Shown in pieces: positions 49,267-58,142 of a DNA stretch of 64,000 nt (positions are counted from its first letter, which is position 1; each line of letters opens with the position of its first letter). The DNA comes from Actinomycetes bacterium (GTDB taxonomy: Bacteria > Actinomycetota > Humimicrobiia > JAHJRV01), in assembly GCA_023129485.1 (NCBI GenBank), contig JAGMBY010000053.1:1214-65213 (forward strand), read 5' to 3'. The notes under the pieces were generated by a model. It was not told where the DNA came from. It worked only from the letters and a program-made list of their open reading frames with translations, and did no database searches. The position numbers and the translations under genes were made by a program.

Positions 49267-50355
49267 TTGGAAACATTATTAGAGGTAAAAAATCTGATAC
49301 ATAGATATAATCAAAAAGTAGTTTTAGATATTGAGGGATTTGAGTTGAGTAAAGGTGAAGTATTAGCATTAATTGGACCAAATGGAGCTGGTAAAAGTAC
49401 ATTTCTTAGAATCCTGAATCTTTTAGAAAAACCCACTCAAGGAATTGTTAATATTTTTGGAATTACACCAATCAATAATAGACAAAGACATAATCTTAGA
49501 AAGAAAATGGTTATGATATTTCAAGAACCCTTACTTTTTAAATCTACTGTTTATAATAATGTTTCATATGGTCTTAGAATGAGAAAAAAGAATAAAGATT
49601 TTATAAAGAATAAGGTTTTAGAAGCATTAGAAAAGTTTGGAATCTCTCATCTTATAAATAGACAGGCTGGAACACTTTCTGGAGGAGAGGCACAACGTGT
49701 TTCACTTGCAAGAGCATTGGTTTTAGAACCTGAAATTTTGTTATTGGATGAACCTTTCGCTGCATTAGATCAACCAACAAGGGAAGAGTTGAGAGACGAT
49801 TTATATAAAATAATCAGAAGAGAAAATCAAACAACATTACATGTGACCCATGATAGAAATGAGGCTTTGGTCATTTCTGACAATGTTGCTGTAATGAATG
49901 AAGGAGAGATTCTTCAGAGGGGAAGAACAGAGGATGTTTTTAATAAACCGATTGATGAATTTGTAGCAAATTTCTTAGGGGTGGAAACTATTCTATATGG
50001 AAAAATTACAAGTAAGAGCGATGGACTTTGTATAGTAAATATTAATAATCATAAGTTGGAAGTAGTATCTGATTTGGAGGTGGGTAAAAGAGTTATTACT
50101 TGTATTCGTCCTGAAAATGTAACACTTTTGAAATATTCATTAAAAGCGCCTCTTACAAGTGCAAGAAATTCATTTATCTCGACTATTAAAGATATTTCTT
50201 CCTACGGACTTGTTTATAGAGTTATTATGGATTGTGGTTTTAATTTGACATCATTCATAACAAAGGAATCCTTAGATAGATTAAATTTAAAGATTGGTGA
50301 AAAAATTATTGCAAATATAAAAGCAACTTCTATTCATCTATTATCACGAAAGTAA
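49267..50355 (+). CDS. tupC: ABC transporter ATP-binding protein with C-terminal TOBE/Mop domain (TupC/ModC-like)
   Basis: Walker A GPNGAGKST, signature LSGGE, Walker B LLLDEP and C-terminal transport-associated OB domain. TTG start after GGAGAAA. Confidence 0.85.
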   Translation: METLLEVKNLIHRYNQKVVLDIEGFELSKGEVLALIGPNGAGKSTFLRILNLLEKPTQGIVNIFGITPINNRQRHNLRKKMVMIFQEPLLFKSTVYNNVSYGLRMRKKNKDFIKNKVLEALEKFGISHLINRQAGTLSGGEAQRVSLARALVLEPEILLLDEPFAALDQPTREELRDDLYKIIRRENQTTLHVTHDRNEALVISDNVAVMNEGEILQRGRTEDVFNKPIDEFVANFLGVETILYGKITSKSDGLCIVNINNHKLEVVSDLEVGKRVITCIRPENVTLLKYSLKAPLTSARNSFISTIKDISSYGLVYRVIMDCGFNLTSFITKESLDRLNLKIGEKIIANIKATSIHLLSRK

Positions 50356-50375
50356 AATATTTAAATAAAGTCAAA

Positions 50376-51329
50376 ATGTTAGACAGGTTTGGTAGAAATA
50401 TTGAATATCTAAGAATCTCAGTAACTGACAGGTGCAATTTAAGATGTATTTATTGTATGCCTGAAGAGGGAATATCTCCAATTAGTCATGAACAAGTTCT
50501 CAGGTATGAAGAAATTGTAAAATTGGTAAAAATTGCTACAGAATTGGGAATAAATAAAATAAGAATCACTGGTGGTGAACCATTGGTGAGAAAAGAGTTA
50601 GTGAGTTTTATTGCACTATTAAGGGAAATTGATGAAATTGAGGACATATCTCTAACAACAAATGGAATATTTTTGGAAAGATATTTAGATAATCTAATAA
50701 GTGCAGGTTTAAATAGAATTAATATTAGTTTAGATTCATTAAATCCAAAAATTTACAAAAAAATAACTCGCAGAGATAATTTAGATGATGTAATTAGGGG
50801 ATTGAAAAAAGCAATTAAATCTTCAATTAGACCAATAAAGATAAATGTTGTATTAATGAAAAATTTAAATGATAATTTAAAGGATTTTGCTAAATTATCC
50901 ATCAAAGAACCTGTCCATGTAAGATTTATTGAATATATGCCCGTAATGGGTATAGAAAAAATAAGAGGGTTAACTGAAGAAGAAATGCTTGATGAGTTAA
51001 ATAAATATGGAGAATTAGAAAAAACCAAAAGTCCTTTTGGTCATGGGCCTGCAATATACTATAAATATAAAAATGCCAAAGGAACTATTGGTTTAATATG
51101 TTCTAATTCACATAATTTTTGTTATAAATGTAATAGATTAAGATTAACTTCTGATGGCAGACTTAAACCATGTCTTTTTGGTAAGGAAGAAGTAGATGTT
51201 AGAAGCTTATTAAGAACTAATGCTTCAAACAATGCTTTAAAAGAAGCTTTTAAAAATGCAATTTATCTTAAGCCAAGGGGTAGAAGTAAAAATAAAAGAA
51301 TTCATCATATGTATCAAATAGGAGGATAA
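50376..51329 (+). CDS. moaA: GTP 3-prime,8-cyclase MoaA
   Basis: Radical SAM CNLRCIYC at the N-terminus; C-terminal auxiliary-cluster cysteines (CSNSHNFCYKCNRLR). Confidence 0.9.
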   Translation: MLDRFGRNIEYLRISVTDRCNLRCIYCMPEEGISPISHEQVLRYEEIVKLVKIATELGINKIRITGGEPLVRKELVSFIALLREIDEIEDISLTTNGIFLERYLDNLISAGLNRINISLDSLNPKIYKKITRRDNLDDVIRGLKKAIKSSIRPIKINVVLMKNLNDNLKDFAKLSIKEPVHVRFIEYMPVMGIEKIRGLTEEEMLDELNKYGELEKTKSPFGHGPAIYYKYKNAKGTIGLICSNSHNFCYKCNRLRLTSDGRLKPCLFGKEEVDVRSLLRTNASNNALKEAFKNAIYLKPRGRSKNKRIHHMYQIGG

Positions 51330-51451
51330 TTAACCTAAGAGCAAGATTAAAAATATAATTAAAAAGGTATAAATTAAAAATATAAAGCAATACTCTAAAC
51401 TTTAAATCTCAATCCTCAATTTAGAGTAAAAAGAAATTTAAACTATTGAAG

Positions 51452-51508
51452 AGCTTTGGGTATACTTTCTTGACTGAAAATGTTTTCGAAAGTATACCGC
51501 AAAGCTAT
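51452..51508 (+). repeat. Intergenic palindrome repeat, copy E (core only)
   Basis: AGCTTTGGGTATACTTTCTTGACTGAAAATGTTTTCGAAAGTATACCGCAAAGCT. A bulged G replaces the bulged A, and TTGAC/GTT replaces TCGAC/GTC. Confidence 0.85.
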
Positions 51509-51560
51509 AAACCAAAATAGATTAAATTAAATAAAATGAAAGATAAAAAATGGAGGTTTT

Positions 51561-52091
51561 ATGAATAAAATAAACCATGTTGATTTTAAAGGTAAAGTAA
51601 AAATGGTAGATGTTTCTAAAAAGCCAATTACTTATAGAAAAGCTAAAGCACATGGCAAAATTTGGCTAAAAAAAGATACATTAGAGTTAATTAAGAATTT
51701 TGAAATAAAAAAGGGTGATGTTCTTTCAACTGCAAAGTTAGCTGGAATAATGGCTGCAAAAAGAACTCATGAACTAATTCCACTTTGCCATCCCTTATCG
51801 ATAACTAATATAGAAATTAAATTTGTTTTAGAAGAAAATGATAATAACAACAGCAATAATGATAATGAAAATGAAAATAATAATAGAATTTACAATATAA
51901 CTTGTATTTCAGAGGTCAAGTGTGATGGAAAAACTGGAGTTGAAATGGAAGCTATGATTTCTGTATCAATAGCACTTTTAACAATATATGATATGTGCAA
52001 AGCAGTTGATAGGGATATGAAAATTGGAGATATTATGTTAATTGAAAAGAGTGGAGGAAAAAGTGGATATTGGAAAAGAGAAAGGGATTAA
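51561..52091 (+). CDS. moaC: Cyclic pyranopterin monophosphate synthase MoaC
   Basis: MoaC core (KAHGKIWLK, GVEMEAMISVSIALLTIYDMCKA) with an N/D-rich low-complexity insertion. GGAGG RBS. Confidence 0.9.
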   Translation: MNKINHVDFKGKVKMVDVSKKPITYRKAKAHGKIWLKKDTLELIKNFEIKKGDVLSTAKLAGIMAAKRTHELIPLCHPLSITNIEIKFVLEENDNNNSNNDNENENNNRIYNITCISEVKCDGKTGVEMEAMISVSIALLTIYDMCKAVDRDMKIGDIMLIEKSGGKSGYWKRERD

Positions 52092-52133
52092 AAAAATTAA
52101 TTTTAATTTTATTATAATTATTCTTGACCAAAT

Positions 52134-52162
52134 AATTATATAGAGTTAAAATAAATAAAGGC
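52134..52162 (+). promoter_or_regulatory. Sigma-A-like promoter (TTGACC - 17 nt - TAAAAT) at the start of an ORF-free region
   Basis: Read directly from the sequence. Would drive a transcript ending at the terminator at 52677-52706. Confidence 0.4.
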
Positions 52163-52676
52163 TTGAAACAGATTAAGCTGTAAAAAATTAAAGCTTATAA
52201 TATAAATATAAGAAATAAAGATTGTGGTATAGATAATATATAAAATTTACAATTTAGTAGTTTTTAACATATAGTAAGCTCTAAATGTCATTTAGGGATT
52301 TGATATTCTAAAAATTTAATAAATTTTCCAAAATCTATTTATCACTTTCAGAATTATTTATAACAAATAATATTAGAATATTGAATATAAAAAAATAACA
52401 ATTATTGGAATTTTTATTATTTTTAGAATTAAAAAATTTTTTTAGATGAACTATTTAAAATGTAAAAATTTAATCAATAAATATAAAAAAATGAAGATAT
52501 TAAAAATTTAAAAGTATATATAATTTATATTTCTTTAATTTAAATATACCTTCATTTAGATTATTTTTATTTATTGTTTTTAATTAATAAATATTATCTA
52601 TAATATTAAAAAGTACTATAATCTTAAAAAGTAAAAATTATAATAAAGTATAAAAAATTAAATAGTAAATTGTTTC

Positions 52677-52706
52677 AAGCCGAGATTTACTCGGCTTTTT
52701 TATTAT
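52677..52706 (+). terminator. Rho-independent terminator (AAGCCGAG-ATTTA-CTCGGCTT followed by TTTTATTAT)
   Basis: 8-bp GC-containing stem plus T-run, + strand orientation. Sits 7 nt before a GGGGG RBS for rny. Confidence 0.75.
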
Positions 52707-52724
52707 CTGAAAGGGGGAATTAAA

Positions 52725-54272
52725 ATTAATAGATTACTAATTTATAACATAATAGCAGCAATCATAGGAGTTGTTTTAGGTTTAGTAGTTGGAGACTGGA
52801 TTAAAAAGTTCATATTTAAGGGTCGTAAAGAGAAAGCAGAAAAATCAGCAAAAGAAATAATTGAATCAGCAAAAAAAGAAGCAGATGCTATTAAAAAGGA
52901 AATGATGGTTGAAACGAAAGAAGAAGTTTATAAAATTCGAGTTATAGAAGAGGAAAAACTGAGAAGTCAGAAGAACGATTTGAGAAAATTAGAAGGTCGT
53001 CTAGCTCATAGAGAGAGCATTATTGATAAAAAATCAATTAAGTTGGACAAGAGAGAATATTTAGTTTCAAGAAAAGAAAAGGAAGTTAATTATCTTAAGG
53101 TAGAGTTAGAAAAGAATCTACAGGAACAAAGAAAAAAGTTAGAAAGTATTGCTGATTTATCTTCTACTGATGCTAAAGCACTTCTAATGAAGAGATTAGA
53201 AGAGGAAGCCAGGTTTGATAGCGCTAAAAAGATAAGGGAGATAGAAGAAAATGCGGGGGAAATAGCAGAAAGGAAAGCGAAGGAAATTATTTCAACAGCA
53301 ATTCAAAGATATGCTCATGACCATGTTGCAGAAGCCACAGTTTCTGTTGTCGATCTACCAAATGATGAAATGAAGGGGAGAATTATAGGAAGAGAAGGAA
53401 GAAATATCAGGGCATTTGAAAAATTGACTGGAGTGAACTTAATAGTGGATGATACACCTGAAGCAGTTATACTTTCATGCTTTAATCCAGTTAGGAGAGA
53501 AAAAGCAAGAATTGCATTGGAAGAATTGGTTGCTGACGGTAGAATTCATCCAGCTAAAATTGAGGAAAAATTTGATAAAGCAAATAGAATTGTTGATAAT
53601 CAAATAAAAATTGCAGGTGAAAAGGCAGTTTTTAATGTTGGTATAGCAGGTCTAAATAAAGATCTCATAAGAGTATTAGGAAGATTAAAATATAGAACAA
53701 GTTTTGGCCAAAATGTGCTTCAACATTCTATCGAAGTTGCTCATTTAGTAGGAATCATAGCTTCGGAGTTAGGAGTAAATGTTAAAAAAGCTAAAAGAGC
53801 CGGCTTGCTCCACGACATTGGAAAGGCTATTGATCATGAGGTGGAGGGTTCACACGCTTCAATTGGAGCTAATCTAGCAAAGAAATATAATGAATCTAGA
53901 GATATCGTTCACGCAATTCATGCACACCACGAAGAAATACAAGCACAAAACATTTTGGATGTTATAGTTTCAGCTGCAGATGCTGTTTCAAGTGCAAGGC
54001 CTGGTATAAGACAGGAAACTTTAGAGAGTTACATAAAAAGATTGGAAAATCTTGAGAGTATAGGCAAGGAATTTGATGGTGTTGAGAAGTGCTATGCAAT
54101 TCAAGCTGGAAGGGAAATTAGAGTAATGGTTTACCCAGATATGGTTGATGATGATCAAGCTGCAAGAATAGCTAGAGAATTGTCTAAAAAGATTGAGGAA
54201 GAACTAGAATATCCGGGTCAAATAAAGGTAACAGTGATTAGGGAAAAAAGAGCAATTGAATTTGCAAAATAA
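52725..54272 (+). CDS. rny: Ribonuclease Y (N-terminal TM helix, KH domain, HD domain)
   Basis: KH ([12 protein letters not shown]) and HD ([15 protein letters not shown]) domains. The ORF track starts at ATG 52902, but the same frame is open from 52644 and encodes the expected TM anchor [18 protein letters not shown] plus a coiled coil. No ATG/GTG/TTG is available, so initiation is inferred at an ATT or ATA near 52719-52749, after AAGGGGGAA. Confidence 0.8.
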   Translation: MNRLLIYNIIAAIIGVVLGLVVGDWIKKFIFKGRKEKAEKSAKEIIESAKKEADAIKKEMMVETKEEVYKIRVIEEEKLRSQKNDLRKLEGRLAHRESIIDKKSIKLDKREYLVSRKEKEVNYLKVELEKNLQEQRKKLESIADLSSTDAKALLMKRLEEEARFDSAKKIREIEENAGEIAERKAKEIISTAIQRYAHDHVAEATVSVVDLPNDEMKGRIIGREGRNIRAFEKLTGVNLIVDDTPEAVILSCFNPVRREKARIALEELVADGRIHPAKIEEKFDKANRIVDNQIKIAGEKAVFNVGIAGLNKDLIRVLGRLKYRTSFGQNVLQHSIEVAHLVGIIASELGVNVKKAKRAGLLHDIGKAIDHEVEGSHASIGANLAKKYNESRDIVHAIHAHHEEIQAQNILDVIVSAADAVSSARPGIRQETLESYIKRLENLESIGKEFDGVEKCYAIQAGREIRVMVYPDMVDDDQAARIARELSKKIEEELEYPGQIKVTVIREKRAIEFAK

Positions 54273-54331
54273 AATTATATAATATATTCATTGTCTAATA
54301 ATTATGAAATAATTATAAAAGTATAGAAAAT

Positions 54332-54379
54332 CGCTCCTTAACAAGGAAGAGATGTTTATTCTCTTCCTTGTTTTTTATA
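54332..54379 (+). terminator. Rho-independent terminator after rny (CAAGGAAGAGA-loop-CTCTTCCTTG plus TTTTTTAT)
   Basis: Perfect 10-bp stem followed by a T-run. Confidence 0.8.
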
Positions 54380-54736
54380 AGTTATTATTGATTAAAAGTG
54401 AAGAATAAGTTAAAATTTAACTAAAAAGTATAACAGTATAGTTTAACTTAATAGTTATCAATTATAAAAATAAAGAGGAGATTTAGGCTTATTGTAGAAT
54501 ATAAATCATAAACATAAATTACTACTTGAAATCTTAAAAATTATAAGACTTTCGTAAAAAAATAAGTATTAAAATAAGGAACTTCTAAAATAAAACTTCA
54601 TTGTATATATATAGTAGAAATCATTAAATAATTAAAACAAAAAATATGAAGAATATTAAAATTAAAAAATATTTGACAGAATAAGAAACAAAAGAAAAAT
54701 AGAATTGTAGTAATAGTTACTACAGGAGGTAAAAAA

Positions 54737-55021
54737 ATGGCTGAACTTTTAAGAGTATCATCAAAGTCAAAGCCTAATTCAGTAGCAGGAGCCATAGCAG
54801 GGGTTTTAAGAGAAAGCGGTGCAGTAAAGATTCAAGTAATTGGAGCAGGTGCATTAAATCAAGCAATAAAAGCAATTGCAATTGCAAGAGGATATGTTGC
54901 TCCAAGTGGGATAAGTCTTGTTTGTATTCCATCATTTAAAGATGTAGTAATAAATGGAGAAGAAAGAACAGCAATTCTTCTTACAATTGAAGATATTAAT
55001 AAAGTAATCAGTTTACATTAA
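54737..55021 (+). CDS. spoVS: Stage V sporulation protein S family protein
   Basis: Matches the highly conserved SpoVS sequence (LRVSSKSKPNSVAGAIAGVLRE.G...IQ.IGAGALNQAIKAIAIARG). AGGAGG RBS. Confidence 0.9.
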   Translation: MAELLRVSSKSKPNSVAGAIAGVLRESGAVKIQVIGAGALNQAIKAIAIARGYVAPSGISLVCIPSFKDVVINGEERTAILLTIEDINKVISLH

Positions 55022-55693
55022 TAACAATTCTTCTTTACAATTGAAAATAGAATATAGTATAAAATTAAGAACTATATCAATAAGATAACAAGTCTTTTAA
55101 TTATGAATATCTAAAAAATAATTATTAGTATATTATTGTTACAAAATATTATTAAAGTAAAGAAGAATACTTTTTCTATAACCTCTCTTTGTTATTCCTT
55201 TTTCTTTTATTTATACATATCTTTATCACTATTCACCATAGTCAATTGAATTTATATATTTTACTGGAATTTTTTATTAAATCTTTTATTAAAATGATTA
55301 ATTGTTGAACTATTTACCCTTTTGATATTAGTAAGATTTGACTGGTACAGATTTCCATACTAAAATCTTTTCATAATAATTTATTAGATGGTTTTTTATA
55401 AATAAATAAAGCAACAAAGGAATAATTATCTCTATTAAGAAATCAAATGTTGAGTTTACATATCATATTATGAAGACTTTGAAAGTCTACGATGATGAAG
55501 TTTTAAGTGAATTCGTAGTTTTTTGGAATTGTCAAATAAAGTAGTATTATTAATAAAGGAATGTATATAAAAATATTAGTATTAAAGACTTTAAATTTAA
55601 AACTAATTGGATCAAGAAATAGTAATCAATTATTAATGAAAAAACTATAAAAACTTAATTTTATTAAATAAATTTTATTAAATAAAAGTAAAA

Positions 55694-56554
55694 ATGGGTG
55701 CAGATTTACATATTCATAGTAATGAGTCAGATGGCATTTTAAGTCCCTCTGAAATTGTTAAGATTGCAAAAAAACTTGGTTTAAGTGCAATATCAATTAC
55801 AGATCACGATACTATAAATGGATTAGATGAAGCTATCTCTACTTCCAAGAAAATTGGATTGGATTTTATTCCTGGAATAGAATTGAGTTCGGAAAGTGAG
55901 GATTGGGATATACATATTCTCGGATATTTTATAGACCACAATTCAAAAGAACTAAGAGAATATTTAAAAAATCTTCAAAATAAAAGGGAAATAAGAGCTA
56001 AAAAGATAGTAAATAATCTTAAAAATGCAGGTATAAAAATAGAGTTTGAGCAAGTAGCAAGAGAGAGCCATGGTGAATCAATAGGAAGACCTCATTTAGC
56101 AAGAACACTTGTTAAGCTTGGTTATGTTGATTCAGTTCAAAAGGCATTTCATGTTTTTTTAAAAAGAGATGGACCTTATTATGTAAAAAAATATACTATC
56201 TATCCAGATGAAGTGATTAAGATTTTATTAAAGGCAAATGCTGTTCCAGTTTTAGCACATCCACTTTCAAATAGTAATATTGATTTTATAGCCCCCTTAG
56301 TTAAAATAGGTTTAATGGGAATAGAAGTTTATTATCCTAGGTATAATCGATTTAAAATAAATAAATTAATAGAAATAGCTGATAGATACGGTCTTATAAA
56401 GACTGGTGGAACTGACTTTCATGGTAGTGATCCAAAAATAAATTCTAAGATTAGATATATAAATATTGGTGATATAACAGTTAATGATAAGGTAGTTAAA
56501 ATACTTTATAAAAAAGCTAAAGAATTAAGAAAATTTCAGAAGATTGAGGGGTAG
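55694..56554 (+). CDS. PHP-domain metal-dependent phosphoesterase (TrpH/YciV-like)
   Basis: N-terminal DLHIHSNESDG and ITDHDT motifs. Confidence 0.8.
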   Translation: MGADLHIHSNESDGILSPSEIVKIAKKLGLSAISITDHDTINGLDEAISTSKKIGLDFIPGIELSSESEDWDIHILGYFIDHNSKELREYLKNLQNKREIRAKKIVNNLKNAGIKIEFEQVARESHGESIGRPHLARTLVKLGYVDSVQKAFHVFLKRDGPYYVKKYTIYPDEVIKILLKANAVPVLAHPLSNSNIDFIAPLVKIGLMGIEVYYPRYNRFKINKLIEIADRYGLIKTGGTDFHGSDPKINSKIRYINIGDITVNDKVVKILYKKAKELRKFQKIEG

Positions 56555-56646
56555 AGAAAGTAAAAAATAAAACAAAATTTACTGCAAAGAATATAATATA
56601 AATTCCCATTTTTATTTATTAATTCTCCATTTATAAAAGTGTAAAA

Positions 56647-57963
56647 ATGAAAAAATTTTCAATAATTACCTTTGGTTGTCAGATGAATAAACATGATTCA
56701 GAAAAGATTGCTGGGATTCTTCAAGATAGCGGGTTTCAATATGAAAAAGATCTCTCAAATGCGGATATCATAATATTTAATACTTGTACAGTGAGAGAAA
56801 GTGCTGATGGTAGATTGTTTGGTCAATTAGGAAATATCAAAAGATTAAAAGAAGAAAAACCTGATTTAATAGTAGCAATTGGTGGTTGTTTAGCTCAAAG
56901 TTATGGCGGGAAATTGCTATTTCAATTTCCTCAGCTCGATATAGTTTTTGGAACACATAATATCAATAGGTTTTCATATCTTCTCAATGAAAGAATAAAA
57001 TCAGGAAATAAAGTTTTTGAATTAAAATCTGAAGATAATTATGATGTTTCTTGCTTGCCAACTTTGAGAGAAAAGCCCTTTTTAGCATGGGTTTCAATCA
57101 TGCGTGGGTGTAACAATTTCTGTTCATATTGTATAGTTCCATATGTTAGGGGTAAACAGTGGAGTAGATCAGCATATGAAATAATTGAAGAGGTTAAAAA
57201 TTTAACTTTAGACGGTGTTATAGAAATAACCTTACTTGGTCAAAATGTAAATTCATATGGAAAAGATTTAAATGATGAAATGAATTTTCCACAATTATTA
57301 GAAAAATTGAGTCAAATTTCTAAATTAAAGAGAATAAGATTTATAACATCTCATCCAAAAGATTTTGATAATGAGACAGTAAAAGTGGTTGCTGAATCTG
57401 AAATATTATGCAATCACTTCCACTTTCCATTACAATCGGGGTCTAATAAAGTTCTGCAAGACATGAACAGGAGATATACCAAGGAGCAATATTTGAAGTT
57501 AATTGATGAGATATATAGAATGATTCCAGATGCAAGTATCACAACTGATATTATAGTTGGTTTTCCTACAGAAACAGAGGAAGATTTCCTTGAGACATTG
57601 GATGTAGTGGAGAAAGCAAAATTTGATAGTGCTTTCACTTTCATTTATTCACCACGATCAGGAACTAAGGCAATTGGATTTAAAGACATTTCCTCTAATG
57701 AAGAAAAAATGAATCGTTTTAGTAGATTAGTTGATAAACAAACAAATATTAGTCAAATGAAAAATAATTATCTAATTGGTAAAAATCTTGATATTTTAGT
57801 TGAAGATTTCTCAAAAAAAGACAAAAAAATGCTTATGGGTAGAACGAAAACAAATAAGATTGTTAATTTTAAAGGTGATTCAAATTTAATTGGTAAAATA
57901 GTAAATGTTAAGATAATATTAGCAAAAGCTCATTATTTAATAGGTGAATTAAAAATTAATTAA
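56647..57963 (+). CDS. miaB: tRNA-2-methylthio-N6-dimethylallyladenosine synthase MiaB
   Basis: MTTase N domain with FGCQMNKHDSE, radical SAM CNNFCSYC and C-terminal TRAM domain. Confidence 0.85.
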   Translation: MKKFSIITFGCQMNKHDSEKIAGILQDSGFQYEKDLSNADIIIFNTCTVRESADGRLFGQLGNIKRLKEEKPDLIVAIGGCLAQSYGGKLLFQFPQLDIVFGTHNINRFSYLLNERIKSGNKVFELKSEDNYDVSCLPTLREKPFLAWVSIMRGCNNFCSYCIVPYVRGKQWSRSAYEIIEEVKNLTLDGVIEITLLGQNVNSYGKDLNDEMNFPQLLEKLSQISKLKRIRFITSHPKDFDNETVKVVAESEILCNHFHFPLQSGSNKVLQDMNRRYTKEQYLKLIDEIYRMIPDASITTDIIVGFPTETEEDFLETLDVVEKAKFDSAFTFIYSPRSGTKAIGFKDISSNEEKMNRFSRLVDKQTNISQMKNNYLIGKNLDILVEDFSKKDKKMLMGRTKTNKIVNFKGDSNLIGKIVNVKIILAKAHYLIGELKIN

Positions 57964-58142
57964 TATATAAATTGTAAATCAGATAACATATATGATTGAA
58001 TTATTATAAGAATATAAAAAGACAAATTTTGAGTTTATTGAAATATCTCTCGTTTTATGAGAGATAATTTTAAAAATAATATTTTATCTAACTCTTTTGT
58101 AATGTAAATAATTAGAATAAAATTATTCAATAAGGAGAATAA

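Noticed and set aside
52785-52905. Suspected frameshift or pseudogene at the rny 5-prime end
   Set aside because: On careful re-reading, the TM-helix coding segment and the downstream KH/HD region are in the same frame. The gene is intact but lacks a canonical start codon.
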